Positions 52,790-63,210 of a stretch of DNA of 64,000 bases are shown here, in pieces. Position numbers and translations under genes: made by a program. The stretch is from Bacillota bacterium (GTDB lineage: Bacteria > Bacillota > Clostridia > DUPQ01). The notes beneath the pieces are model-generated. The model made no database searches, was not told the origin of the DNA, and saw only the letters and a list, made by a program, of their open reading frames with translations. The stretch is from NCBI GenBank assembly GCA_022706885.1, contig JAKJBR010000003.1, forward strand, positions 7,331 to 71,330. Reading direction: 5' to 3'. Position 1 is the stretch's first letter. Every line of letters starts with the position of its first letter.

Positions 52790-53673
52790 TATCCCCTCCT
52801 TACTCTTAAAGCTTCTTCAGACATATTATATATCATTTCATACCTTAAGTGGCGTTCAATCGGAATTTCGCCTTTTTCCACCGCCTGCAGTACGGCACAG
52901 TGGTCATCATTTATGTGTCTGCAGTCATTGTATCTGCACTTTCCGATGTACGGCAGGAACTCATTATACATACCCTTTATCAGGTCCGGTTGCAGAAGAC
53001 CGGGGTCAAATTTGGAAAAACCCGGAGTATCTACGATATAGCCGCCTTCAAAGGAAAGCAGCTCACAATGTCTTGTGGTATTCTTTCCCCTTCCTATCCT
53101 TCCACTCAAAATCCCGATTTCCATATCGGCCGTTCCTGTTATGGCATTGATAAGTGTGGACTTCCCTGCTCCCGACTGACCTGCAAAAACACTGACTTTT
53201 CCGCTCAGCATACTCTTTAACGGATCCAAACCTGTCTTATGTTTTGCATCGGTTATTACTATTTTGCATCCGCTCCCGGAATATTGCCTTAATACATCGT
53301 CAATATCCTCTTTTGCCGCCAGATCGCATTTGTTTAAACATAATACCGGCTCTATATCGTTTGTACGAAATGCCAGTATCAGCAAATCAATAAGCAATTC
53401 ATCCAATGTAGGATATTCCGTTGCAAACACAATAACCGCAACATCCACATTGGCAACGGGTGGTCGTACCAGACTGTTCTTTCTTTCTTCTATACTTATG
53501 ATATAGCCTTCCTTATCACTATGATCGGTTATATCAAAACGCACCAGGTCTCCGCAAAGAGGCTTGAATCCCTCTTTCCTGAACAACCCTCTCGGTTTGC
53601 AGATATATTCATCTTTATCGGTTCTTACGGTATAACGGTTGCTCAGCGCTTTTGTGATAAGACCTGTTTCCAT
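52786..53673 (-). CDS. rsgA: Ribosome small-subunit-dependent GTPase A
   Basis: Circularly permuted GTPase motifs (GQSGAGKST, C-terminal zinc-binding cysteines); 4-nt overlap with rpe. Confidence 0.9.
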   Translation of the reverse strand: METGLITKALSNRYTVRTDKDEYICKPRGLFRKEGFKPLCGDLVRFDITDHSDKEGYIISIEERKNSLVRPPVANVDVAVIVFATEYPTLDELLIDLLILAFRTNDIEPVLCLNKCDLAAKEDIDDVLRQYSGSGCKIVITDAKHKTGLDPLKSMLSGKVSVFAGQSGAGKSTLINAITGTADMEIGILSGRIGRGKNTTRHCELLSFEGGYIVDTPGFSKFDPGLLQPDLIKGMYNEFLPYIGKCRYNDCRHINDDHCAVLQAVEKGEIPIERHLRYEMIYNMSEEALRVRRGY

Positions 53674-55770
53674 TTACGGTTCCGGGGTTTCTTTATAGTG
53701 GTCGAAATATTTGTATATTATCGGTTCTTTATAGATAATCGAGCCTATAAATATCGTCAGTTTGGTTTCGCCTTTTGCCGGTATGCGGACATCTCTCTGA
53801 TAGGGCAACTTTTCAATGGAAGAAATAACCGCAGTTGTCTGAAAAGCTTCTTCCTGATCGGAATACTCGAACTTGAACCTCAAGGTTATAGGCATTTCCA
53901 TACCGGCAAGCTCCGCTATTGTAGGATCAAATGTGTATTTAACGGTTATATCCTCATACACGGTATCTCCGTAATCCACCGAGAGCTTTATATCTATGGT
54001 ACTGTTTTCATATATCTCGGTATCGGCTACCGGGTACTGATAAGATACAAGAGAAGCCTTACCGGGCACCTCTTCTTCCGACATTACATTCATTATGAGG
54101 TTTCTTTCCAGTAACTTTCCCGCTGCCTGTTCTTTAGTCAATCCGAACAGATCCGGCACCGTTGTCTTTTCAAATTCGGAACCGAGAGAAACATATATTT
54201 TAACCGTTTCTCCGTATTTGACTCTTACCGTTTCCGAAGGAGACACGGCATACACTTCACCTGCCGGGATATCCTGGTTATATTGTTCTACCTTTTCCGG
54301 TATAAGCCCGGCATTTATTATTATATTTTCCGCAATACGGTAATCCTTGCCTACACACTCGGGAACTTCCACATAGTTGCTTCCCACACTTACCGTAAAT
54401 GTAATGGTATTCTTGGCACCTTCTTTGAAAATTCTGCCCGGTTCCACATCCTGGTCCATTATTATACCGGGAGGTGTTTCATCGGAGTAGGCCTCTTTCA
54501 TTAATACAACTATATTGAAATCCGTTTCCAGCTTCCTTTTTATGGTTTCATATTCGTATGTGACATAATTTAGTACTTCATACTCTTTAGGTTCGGGAAC
54601 CACTACTTTTGCCATTTCATCTATGGCGAAAACAATAAAAAAGGCTGATAATGACAATACACAGATTAATGCTATAAGAGTGGTGAAAAAGTATTTTTTC
54701 TCTTTCTTTTTTCTGCCCCTTGCGTAAATCAGGGGGACATTGTACTCCTCATCGAAATTTATCAGCCTGGGACTTGATATTTTATCGGTTTTTTCTTTAA
54801 TCTTTATTACTCTTCCGGTATTTCCTCTGACTATTGCATTGTCTTCCTCCAGGAACAAATCCTCTTCCGTAACTTCCGGCAATGTTATCATATCATCGGA
54901 AGGAAGAACCTCTCCGTTTATAAAGTCCAATGTAATATCGCCTTTAGAATTGGCCTTATTGTTCAGATTCCTTAAGGCTGCCATTACATCGGTTGCGGTC
55001 TGATATCTGTCCGACGGCCTTTTCTGTATTGCCTTAAGAATTATTTTGTTGAGTTCTTCCGGCATATCTCTTCTGTAATCAATCGGAGGTATGGGAGTAT
55101 CCTGCAGATGCTTCATTACTATGGATATAGGAGTGTCGGCATCAAAGGGTACATGCCCCGTGGCCATCTCATACATAACTATTCCTGTAGAATAAATATC
55201 GGTGCTGCTGCTTAAAAATCCGCCTTTGGCCTGTTCGGGAGATATATAATGGACCGAGCCGAATGTTTTATTATCCGTGGTCAGAGTCTGCGCATTTATC
55301 GCTTTGGCTATACCGAAATCGGTTACTTTTATTCTTCCGTTCTTGGATATCAGTATATTCTGCGGTTTTATATCTCTGTGAATAATACCGTTGTTATGTG
55401 CATGTTCCAAAGCCGCAAAAATCTGCATGGAAATATCCACCACTTCCTTTATATCCAAAGGTCCTGCCGACTCCAGATAGTTGGACAGAGTGGTACCTTC
55501 AACACATTCCATGACAATGTAGTTCATGTTATTGTCATATCCTACATCATAGACATTGACTATGCTTTCGTGTGACAGTTTTGCTACCGATAATGCCTCG
55601 TCCTTAAAGCGTTTTATAAAATCTTTATCCTGAGCATATTCATCTTTAAGCGTTTTTATCGCTACAATTCGGTTGAGCGCTTTATCTTTTGCCTTATATA
55701 CATAAGCCATTCCGCCTATGCCCATCTTACTTAGAAGCTCATATCTGTTATTGAGTATAACAGGATTCAT
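53674..55770 (-). CDS. prkC: Ser/Thr protein kinase with PASTA repeats (PrkC/Stk1-like)
   Basis: Hanks kinase motifs (GGMAYVYKA, HRDIKPQN, DFG), a single TM segment, and extracellular repeats. Confidence 0.9.
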   Translation of the reverse strand: MNPVILNNRYELLSKMGIGGMAYVYKAKDKALNRIVAIKTLKDEYAQDKDFIKRFKDEALSVAKLSHESIVNVYDVGYDNNMNYIVMECVEGTTLSNYLESAGPLDIKEVVDISMQIFAALEHAHNNGIIHRDIKPQNILISKNGRIKVTDFGIAKAINAQTLTTDNKTFGSVHYISPEQAKGGFLSSSTDIYSTGIVMYEMATGHVPFDADTPISIVMKHLQDTPIPPIDYRRDMPEELNKIILKAIQKRPSDRYQTATDVMAALRNLNNKANSKGDITLDFINGEVLPSDDMITLPEVTEEDLFLEEDNAIVRGNTGRVIKIKEKTDKISSPRLINFDEEYNVPLIYARGRKKKEKKYFFTTLIALICVLSLSAFFIVFAIDEMAKVVVPEPKEYEVLNYVTYEYETIKRKLETDFNIVVLMKEAYSDETPPGIIMDQDVEPGRIFKEGAKNTITFTVSVGSNYVEVPECVGKDYRIAENIIINAGLIPEKVEQYNQDIPAGEVYAVSPSETVRVKYGETVKIYVSLGSEFEKTTVPDLFGLTKEQAAGKLLERNLIMNVMSEEEVPGKASLVSYQYPVADTEIYENSTIDIKLSVDYGDTVYEDITVKYTFDPTIAELAGMEMPITLRFKFEYSDQEEAFQTTAVISSIEKLPYQRDVRIPAKGETKLTIFIGSIIYKEPIIYKYFDHYKETPEP

Positions 55771-55771
55771 T

Positions 55772-56524
55772 TTATTCCTCCGGATTATTGTCCGCTTTGA
55801 TAAGAATTATGGTTATATTGTCGGTTCCGCCTTTTTCATTGGCTTTTCGGGCAAGATCCTTTACTTTTTCTTCCAAATCGGTTTCCTGATTAATTATATT
55901 CAAAATATCCGTATCGTCAAGCATGTTGGTAAGACCGTCCGTGCAAAGCAGTATATATTCACAGCAATCCAGTGTTATATCGTAAATATCCGGTTCCGGC
56001 ACATCCGATATACCCAGCGCTTTGGTAATAATATTCCTGTTGGGATGGTTATGGGATTCATCAACTGTTATATCGCCTTTATCCAGAAGTTGCTGAACAT
56101 ACGAATGGTCTTTGGTAATCATCTTCATCTCATTGTTATAGACAGTATATATCCTCGAATCGCCTATATGTATGACATGAAGCTTATCATCCTTTATGTA
56201 AATGGCATCCAATGTGGTACCCATTCCGGAAAAGACATTGTGCTTCTTACTGAAATCCAGTATCTCCTTATTGGCAGTATTACAGATATTAAAAAGATAA
56301 TCATTGATATTGTTACAATTCTTGAAGCGTCTGTCCCTTATTTTCTTCTCAAAACAGTCTATTGCGGTTTTACTGGCTATCTCACCGAACAGATGACCGC
56401 CCATACCGTCGGCAACCGCAGCGGCAAATTCATTATGCTCTTCAAAAGGAATGACGATATGATAATCTTCATTATTTCCTCTTACCTGTCCGATATCGGT
56501 ATACGAAGCGTAATTAAATATCAT
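55772..56524 (-). CDS. PP2C-family Ser/Thr phosphatase (Stp1/PrpC-like)
   Basis: TDIGQVRGNNED and DGMGGH motifs. Confidence 0.85.
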   Translation of the reverse strand: MIFNYASYTDIGQVRGNNEDYHIVIPFEEHNEFAAAVADGMGGHLFGEIASKTAIDCFEKKIRDRRFKNCNNINDYLFNICNTANKEILDFSKKHNVFSGMGTTLDAIYIKDDKLHVIHIGDSRIYTVYNNEMKMITKDHSYVQQLLDKGDITVDESHNHPNRNIITKALGISDVPEPDIYDITLDCCEYILLCTDGLTNMLDDTDILNIINQETDLEEKVKDLARKANEKGGTDNITIILIKADNNPEE

Positions 56525-57545
56525 GCTGTCTCCTTAACTGCCCGCATGCGGCTTCAATGTCTCTGCCCAGTTCTCTTCTGATGGTGACGGGCACGCCATG
56601 TGCTTTCAGTATAGCACAAAAAGGCGAAAGATTTTTGCTGTTTTGAACTGTTTTTATATTTTCAACAGGATTTACCGGAATTACATTTACATAGCACATT
56701 ACATTTTTTAATAAAATGCTTAAATGTCGCGCATGCTCTAAGGAGTCATTAGACCCGGGGATCAGAGCATATTCAAATGAAACTCTTCTGTTGGTCTTTT
56801 CAAAATAGTATTCACATGCTTTTATAAGGGAAGAGATGTTGTATTTTTTATTTATCGGCATTATTGCCGAGCGCCTGTCATCGGTAACTTCATGTAGCGA
56901 TACCGACAGATTGACCTGAAGACACAAATCGGCGAACTCATATATCTTGGGTACTATTCCGCAGGTGGAAACGGTTATGCGTCTTCCTCCCATGTTAAAC
57001 CCTTCTTTCATGTTAATAACATTGAGAAAATTCACAAGATTATCATAGTTATCAAACGGCTCTCCTATACCCATTACCACCGCTCTGGATATGGTCTTGT
57101 TGCTATCCTGCGCTGCCTTAAGAATCTGAGCGGTCATCTCATAACCCCACAAATCCCGGCTGAAAGGTACTTGGGAAGAAGCACAGAATACGCAGCCCAT
57201 CTTGCACCCCGATTGACTGGAAATGCAGATGGAGGTTCCGTAATCATAGTCCATAAGCACACTTTCCACCGTTGCATTATCGGAATAACGGAATAAATAT
57301 TTAACAGTTCCGTCAACAGACACAAGCTTCTTTTCTATTGCAGGTAACTCCAAAGAAAAGTTTGCCTGCAAAATCTCAATATCTTCTTTACTTATATTGG
57401 TCATTAAGGAATAATCAAATACCTTCTTGTTATATATCCAGTCTAAAACCTGCAAAGCTCTGTACCTTTTCAAGCCGTGTTCTAAAAAAAGGTCTTTAAG
57501 TTCGTTGTGTGTATAGGAAAGTATATGAATAGAAGGAGCGCTCAT
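56514..57545 (-). CDS. rlmN: 23S rRNA (adenine2503-C2)-methyltransferase RlmN (radical SAM)
   Basis: CxxxCxxC-type radical SAM cluster (CKMGCVFCAS) and MGIGEP. Confidence 0.9.
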   Translation of the reverse strand: MSAPSIHILSYTHNELKDLFLEHGLKRYRALQVLDWIYNKKVFDYSLMTNISKEDIEILQANFSLELPAIEKKLVSVDGTVKYLFRYSDNATVESVLMDYDYGTSICISSQSGCKMGCVFCASSQVPFSRDLWGYEMTAQILKAAQDSNKTISRAVVMGIGEPFDNYDNLVNFLNVINMKEGFNMGGRRITVSTCGIVPKIYEFADLCLQVNLSVSLHEVTDDRRSAIMPINKKYNISSLIKACEYYFEKTNRRVSFEYALIPGSNDSLEHARHLSILLKNVMCYVNVIPVNPVENIKTVQNSKNLSPFCAILKAHGVPVTIRRELGRDIEAACGQLRRQHDI

Positions 57546-57592
57546 GTCGGAAATTATATATTTTTATCAAAAGAAAATCAATGCACTCATCA

Positions 57593-58543
57593 TTATTCAT
57601 CACAACCCAAAACCATGTCACACGGCATATTGTGACCGCATTTTGATATATGCATTGCCTTTTTATTCTCAAACTGTAACTCTGTTATATACAATATGCC
57701 CTTTTTGCATTTAACAGCCATTCTCTCTTTATCTATGGATATAACAGTGCCGTTGGCAACATCCTCTTCGTAATCGTCCATAGAGTAATCAGCCTTCAGC
57801 ACTTTTAAGGTTTTTCCGCAGTAAGTTGTAAATGTTCCCGGCCACGGATTAAATGCTCTTACAAGGTTAAACAGTCTGTATGAGTCAAGGTTAAAGTCCA
57901 ATCTGCCCTCTTCTTTTTTTATCATGGGAGCATATGTGGCTTTATCGTTATCCTGCTTAACAGGCGTTATCTTATCCTGCTCATACAACTTTACGGTGTC
58001 TATAAGGAGTTTTGCTCCCATAAGAGAAAGTCTGTCATGTAAAGAACATATATCATCTTCCTCTGTTATGTCGGTCTCCATTTTTAATAGCATATCTCCG
58101 GTATCCATTCCTATATCGGTCAGCATTGTTGTCACACCGGTTACCTTCTCCCCTTCTATTATCGCTCTTTGCATGGGGGAGGCTCCTCTGTATTTGGGAA
58201 GCAGCGATGCATGAACGTTAATGGTGCCGTATTTAGGTATGTCTAATATATTTTGCGGAAGAATTTGTCCGAATGCACAGGTCACAGCTAAATCGCAACC
58301 TATCTTTGAAATGGTTTCCACCCACTCTTTTTTGCGTATTTTCTCCGGTTGCAGAACAGGTATACCGTGCTTAAGCGCCTTCTTCTTTATATTCGAATAC
58401 TCCACAACATTATGCCTGCCTTTGGGTCTGTCAGGCTGCGTGATAACGGCATTAACGGTATATCCGTTTTCAATCAGTGCAATAAGACAAGGCAATGCAA
58501 AATCCGGAGTACCCATAAAAATGATATTATTTATCTTCTTCAC
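57593..58543 (-). CDS. fmt: Methionyl-tRNA formyltransferase
   Basis: IIFMGTPDFALP N-terminus. A GTG start (VKKINNIIFMG) was chosen; it overlaps the def 3' end by ~17 nt. The ORF-track TTG start at 58579 would overlap def by 53 nt. Confidence 0.85.
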   Translation of the reverse strand: MKKINNIIFMGTPDFALPCLIALIENGYTVNAVITQPDRPKGRHNVVEYSNIKKKALKHGIPVLQPEKIRKKEWVETISKIGCDLAVTCAFGQILPQNILDIPKYGTINVHASLLPKYRGASPMQRAIIEGEKVTGVTTMLTDIGMDTGDMLLKMETDITEEDDICSLHDRLSLMGAKLLIDTVKLYEQDKITPVKQDNDKATYAPMIKKEEGRLDFNLDSYRLFNLVRAFNPWPGTFTTYCGKTLKVLKADYSMDDYEEDVANGTVISIDKERMAVKCKKGILYITELQFENKKAMHISKCGHNMPCDMVLGCDE

Positions 58544-59021
58544 TCTGCTCTTCTCTTTCTTCCAAATCCGCAGGATCAATTTCCTCTATTACTTTATCTC
58601 TGAATAAAATACCGTCCATATGGTCCAATTCATGACAGAAACAGTGAGCTGCATATCCCTCAACTTCGGCATGCTGTTCTTTTCCGTACCTGTCAAGATA
58701 GAGCACCTTAATCTTTAAAGGTCTCTTGACCGTTCCGTAATAATCCGGCAGACTTAAGCATCCTTCCACATCGATATCTTCCCCTTCAGATTGGATTATT
58801 ACGGGGTTTATCAACTCATACTTCTTATCGTCTATTTCAATAACGGCAACCCTTCTGAGTACTCCCACCTGTACCGCAGCCAGTCCCAATCCGGGTGCCG
58901 CTACCATTGTTTCATACATATCATCAATTAAAGTATGCAATCTGTCATCAAAAGATGTGACTTCCCTGGACTTTTTTCTTAATATTTCGTCGCCTTCTTT
59001 GCGTATTGTCCTTAATGCCAT
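58527..59021 (-). CDS. def: Peptide deformylase with a short acidic C-terminal extension
   Basis: GLGLAAVQVG, EGCLS and HELDH motifs; start at MALRTI after GGAG; the C-terminus is EEREEQSEEDK. Confidence 0.85.
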   Translation of the reverse strand: MALRTIRKEGDEILRKKSREVTSFDDRLHTLIDDMYETMVAAPGLGLAAVQVGVLRRVAVIEIDDKKYELINPVIIQSEGEDIDVEGCLSLPDYYGTVKRPLKIKVLYLDRYGKEQHAEVEGYAAHCFCHELDHMDGILFRDKVIEEIDPADLEEREEQSEEDK

Positions 59022-59109
59022 TTTCTTCTCCGTATTTAACACAATAATTTTATACTATCATTAATTATTAGGCAAACATAACCGGTGCATTTTCACTGTG
59101 AAAAGCCTT

Positions 59110-60033
59110 TCACTCTTTCACAATCTCCAAATATCTGTCCAGCTGCTCTCCTACATATTCCGCAATAAGTAAAACCATATCGTCAGCTTTTCCGTCACGA
59201 TAAAATGCATCGAAAGCATCATAATACCGCTTGCGATCCGTAAACTTAACATTGATTGCGGGATAACCGTTGCGGATAAGTTCAAGATTTAAGATTAACC
59301 GACCGGTTCTGCCATTACCGTCAATAAACGGGTGTATACCCTCAAATTCAAGATGAAAACGGGCAATTCGTTCAATCGGGTGCATAGTCTTTTTTCTTTC
59401 CTCATTTCTTGTAAGCAACTCCGCCATTTTCGGTTCTATAAGATATGGCTGCACAGGGGCGGCATATGCACCTGTAATTGTAACGGGAATACGGCGGTAG
59501 ACACCTTTATCATCCGGTCTGTCCATCAGTACTAAAGAATGAATGGCTCTTATTTCCGTATCCTTAAGGCGCACTTTATTTTGTGCAATATCTTCGATAT
59601 ATTGAAATGCATCACGATGACCGACCGCTTCAAGATGGTCTTTTAACGGTTTTTTATCTATTGTCATACCCTCAAGCACCATAGCGGTTTCTTTGAGTGT
59701 CAGGGTGTTACCCTCAATGGCGTTTGAATTATATGTGAAGTTCACCATAAAGTCGTTGCGCAAACGCTTTGTTTCTCCCGCGGTAAGAGGGCGCATACTA
59801 TCGAGTTTTACTTTTTTAATATCTATTGATGTCAGTAAACTTGCAAATTTGCCACGCTTTCTTTTATGAGGTAATTTCCGCTTATCCAACGGCTTTTCCG
59901 CATCGCAAGGTATCATATATAAGTTGCCTTTACGGATAACTCCTTCGATTTCTCCGTTGGCGCAAAGTAGGCGAACACGACGAGTGGAAATATTCCATTT
60001 TTCCGCTGCTTGTGTAACCGTTAAATATTCCAC
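59110..60033 (-). CDS. Fic-family protein (class II, with an N-terminal HTH DNA-binding domain)
   Basis: FIC motif HPFIDGNGRTGR with the inhibitory-helix motif SNAIEG upstream of it. An N-terminal excisionase/MerR-like HTH is present (TVTQAAEKWNISTRRVRLLCANGEI). GTG start with AGGAGG 8 nt upstream. Confidence 0.8.
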   Translation of the reverse strand: MEYLTVTQAAEKWNISTRRVRLLCANGEIEGVIRKGNLYMIPCDAEKPLDKRKLPHKRKRGKFASLLTSIDIKKVKLDSMRPLTAGETKRLRNDFMVNFTYNSNAIEGNTLTLKETAMVLEGMTIDKKPLKDHLEAVGHRDAFQYIEDIAQNKVRLKDTEIRAIHSLVLMDRPDDKGVYRRIPVTITGAYAAPVQPYLIEPKMAELLTRNEERKKTMHPIERIARFHLEFEGIHPFIDGNGRTGRLILNLELIRNGYPAINVKFTDRKRYYDAFDAFYRDGKADDMVLLIAEYVGEQLDRYLEIVKE

Positions 60034-60221
60034 CTCTCATACCTCCTGATTCCGGAATATTAAATATAAACAAAGTATAATGCATAATCGGAACAATTAC
60101 AATACAGTTTTTAAATATTCTTGTACTAGTTTGCCGATTTACAGTTATCTTTTGCTTTTATTCTAATGAGAAACTCCCACCTGATTGGCGGGAGTTTCCT
60201 GCGAAATTATGGTTATATTAT

Positions 60222-61346
60222 TTATTCTGCAAATATAGTCTTTTCCGACTTCTTGTCAAATATGTGTACCCTTACCGTATCTATAGCTATCTTAACGGTT
60301 AATCCCGGTCTTGCCTTTGTGGAAGGACTTACTCTTGCAATAATATTGCTGCCTGCAAACGAGAAATACAACAGAGCTTCCGGTCCCATCATTTCCACAA
60401 CATCAATCTTAACCTCAATAGTGGTATCCGGCATCTGGTCAAGGTATACCTGTTCATCACGGAAATGCTCCGGTCTGATTCCGAGTACAACATCCACTCC
60501 GTCATATCCTTTACCGATTATGCTCTTTGCTCTCTTTTCGGAAAATTTAAGCTTTGTTCCGCCGATATCTATCCATACATCCTTGCCTTTTTCTTCAATG
60601 GTTGCATTTAAGAAGTTCATTTGAGGTGTTCCGATAAATCCTGCAACATACATGTTAACGGGGTTATCATACATAATCTGAGGAGGATCAACCTGCTGAA
60701 TAAATCCTGCTCTCATAACAACTATTCTGGTACCCATTGTCATAGCTTCTACCTGGTCATGTGTAACATATATGAATGTTGTTCTCAGTCTCTGATGAAG
60801 CTTTGTCAACTCAACACGCATCTGTGCTCTCAATTTAGCATCAAGGTTGGAAAGCGGCTCGTCCATAAGGAAGACTTTAGGTTCACGAACAATAGCACGA
60901 CCTAATGCTACCCTCTGTCTCTGTCCGCCCGAGAGAGCTTTGGGCTTTCTGTCAAGCAGATGCTGGATTTCCAATATCTTTGCTGCCGCATGAACTCTGT
61001 GACGAATTTCGTTTTTAGGCATTTTTCTTAATTTAAGACCGAATGCCATGTTGTCGAAAATGGTCATGTGAGGATACAATGCGTAGTTCTGGAAAACCAT
61101 TGCTATATCTCTGTCTTTGGGGTGTACTTCGTTGATTATTCTGTCCCCGATATAAATTTCACCTGCGGTGATATCTTCCAATCCCGCTATCATTCTGAGT
61201 GTTGTTGTTTTTCCGCATCCCGACGGTCCGAGCAGAACTAAAAACTCCCTGTCTTCAATAACAAGATTGAAGTCGGAAACAGCAGTTATGCCGCCACGGT
61301 TGGGCTCATACTTTTTATATACGTTTTTTAATATAACTTTTGCCAT
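60222..61346 (-). CDS. msmX: Sugar ABC transporter ATP-binding protein (MsmX/MalK/UgpC family), no adjacent permease genes
   Basis: Walker [20 protein letters not shown], and a C-terminal TOBE/regulatory domain. Confidence 0.85.
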   Translation of the reverse strand: MAKVILKNVYKKYEPNRGGITAVSDFNLVIEDREFLVLLGPSGCGKTTTLRMIAGLEDITAGEIYIGDRIINEVHPKDRDIAMVFQNYALYPHMTIFDNMAFGLKLRKMPKNEIRHRVHAAAKILEIQHLLDRKPKALSGGQRQRVALGRAIVREPKVFLMDEPLSNLDAKLRAQMRVELTKLHQRLRTTFIYVTHDQVEAMTMGTRIVVMRAGFIQQVDPPQIMYDNPVNMYVAGFIGTPQMNFLNATIEEKGKDVWIDIGGTKLKFSEKRAKSIIGKGYDGVDVVLGIRPEHFRDEQVYLDQMPDTTIEVKIDVVEMMGPEALLYFSFAGSNIIARVSPSTKARPGLTVKIAIDTVRVHIFDKKSEKTIFAE

Positions 61347-61460
61347 ATATGATTCCTCCTATTCATTTCTTCGTATATTTTATCACTTTACGGGTAGGAA
61401 TATAAGATGGTATGTCTACAAATAAATATCGCTCTTTTTGTTCATCTTGCATAAAAATCG

Positions 61461-62066
61461 CTATTTGTGAAGTATCGGTGACAACTTTTTATAGATAAGG
61501 AAAGTTATAACACCGCTTAATACCCCTTTTAAGAGATTAAACGGCACATTTGCCAATAAGATAAGATCCCAAAGAGAGTTAATGTTAGGATTAATTTTTG
61601 TTCCCATCTCAACTATTGCCTCAACCGGTATTCCGAAAGCTTTTGCGTAAACGGGAATAAGAAGAAAATAATTCAACAACGCTCCGGCTACAGTCATGGA
61701 TACGATACCTACCAGCATACCTATAATGGCATTCTTTATATTCTTCTTCCTTTTATATATAATACCTGCCGGGGCCACTAAACAGCATCCTATTAAAAAA
61801 TTGGCAAATTCACCCACTCCGGCAGTTGTCGTTCCGGTTATAACAAGATTAACCAATATCTTTACCGCTTCAATGATTATTCCCGCTACAGGGCCCATTG
61901 CGAAAGTTCCCAACAGAACCGCGACCTCGCTCAAATCTATTTCATAGAAGGCGGGAGCAAAAGGCAACGGAATTTCCAGAAGCATAAGCACTCCCGCTAC
62001 CGCCCCTAAAATGCCCATTTTAGCCATGTTTCTTGTTGTCATAAGTTTTGTTTTACACTGCTCCAT
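61461..62066 (-). CDS. ECF transporter substrate-specific (S) component, substrate unknown
   Basis: ~200-aa protein with 5-6 TM segments and the typical S-component pattern; the start was placed at the ATG after GGGAG. Confidence 0.6.
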   Translation of the reverse strand: MEQCKTKLMTTRNMAKMGILGAVAGVLMLLEIPLPFAPAFYEIDLSEVAVLLGTFAMGPVAGIIIEAVKILVNLVITGTTTAGVGEFANFLIGCCLVAPAGIIYKRKKNIKNAIIGMLVGIVSMTVAGALLNYFLLIPVYAKAFGIPVEAIVEMGTKINPNINSLWDLILLANVPFNLLKGVLSGVITFLIYKKLSPILHK

Positions 62067-62205
62067 ATACATCTCCCAATTGATGTTCAAGCAAAAGTAT
62101 AACACAAGGAGTGGAATAAATGTATAATATAGTTATAAAACAAAGGAGGAGGAGTATAAGCAGTCCGATATTGCAGGTAGCGACTGAGTTATACAAATTG
62201 ATAGC

Positions 62206-63171
62206 ATGAAATTAGGTGTTTTTACCGTTGTTTTAAGCTCTATGAGTTTGGAAAATGCAATTATTTACTTAAAAGATCTTGGCGTTCAGGCGATTGAATT
62301 AGGTACGGGAGGATTTCCGGGAACGGCGCATCTTGATGCCAAAAAGATTCATAACAAGCCTGAAGAAATAAAGAAGATAAAAAAAATGACGGAAAAATAT
62401 GATATGGAGATATGCGCTTTAAGCTGTCACGGTAATGCAGTTCATCCCGATAAGAAAATAGCTGCCGCCTATCAGGAGGATTTTGAAAAAACAATACTCC
62501 TGGCGGAGAAACTGGGAGTGAATACGGTAGTAACCTTCTCCGGTTGTCCCGGTGACCATGAAAATGCAAAATATCCCAACTGGGTAACCTGTCCGTGGCC
62601 CGATGGCTTTTTAAAGATTCTGGATTACCAGTGGAACGATGTACTTATACCGTACTGGACCAAGCAGGTGGAATTTGCAAAAAAACATAATGTACATCAG
62701 ATTGCTTTGGAAATGCATCCGGGCTTCTGCGTATACAATCCCGAAACCTGCCTGAAACTTAGAGATGCCGTAGGACCGGTAATAGGAGCAAACTTCGATC
62801 CTTCACACCTTTTCTGGCAGGGCATCGATATCATCAAAGCAATCCGGGCATTAAAAGGAGCAATTTATCATTTCCATGCGAAAGATACAAAAATATATTA
62901 CCCCAATTCCCAAGTAAACGGAGTCTTGGATACAAAACCTTACAGCGATGAACCGCAGCGGTCCTGGCTGTTCCGCACTGTGGGTACCGGCCATGACAGA
63001 CAGGTATGGAATGATATTTTTGCGGAATTAAGAATGGCTGAATATGATCATGTAATATCCATTGAACATGAAGACAGTTTAATGAGCGGGCAGGAAGGCC
63101 TGAAAAAAGCCATATCTTTCTTAAAAGAGACAATGATTTTTGAGCCCAAAGGCACTATGTATTGGGCATAA
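62206..63171 (+). CDS. Sugar phosphate isomerase/epimerase (xylose-isomerase-like TIM barrel)
   Basis: AP-endonuclease-2 / xylose isomerase-like TIM-barrel features (EMHPG, HAKD, SIEHED); weak RBS. Confidence 0.65.
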   Translation: MKLGVFTVVLSSMSLENAIIYLKDLGVQAIELGTGGFPGTAHLDAKKIHNKPEEIKKIKKMTEKYDMEICALSCHGNAVHPDKKIAAAYQEDFEKTILLAEKLGVNTVVTFSGCPGDHENAKYPNWVTCPWPDGFLKILDYQWNDVLIPYWTKQVEFAKKHNVHQIALEMHPGFCVYNPETCLKLRDAVGPVIGANFDPSHLFWQGIDIIKAIRALKGAIYHFHAKDTKIYYPNSQVNGVLDTKPYSDEPQRSWLFRTVGTGHDRQVWNDIFAELRMAEYDHVISIEHEDSLMSGQEGLKKAISFLKETMIFEPKGTMYWA

Positions 63172-63210
63172 ACTCCTGATATGCGACAATCGAAATATGT
63201 GCAGGTATAT

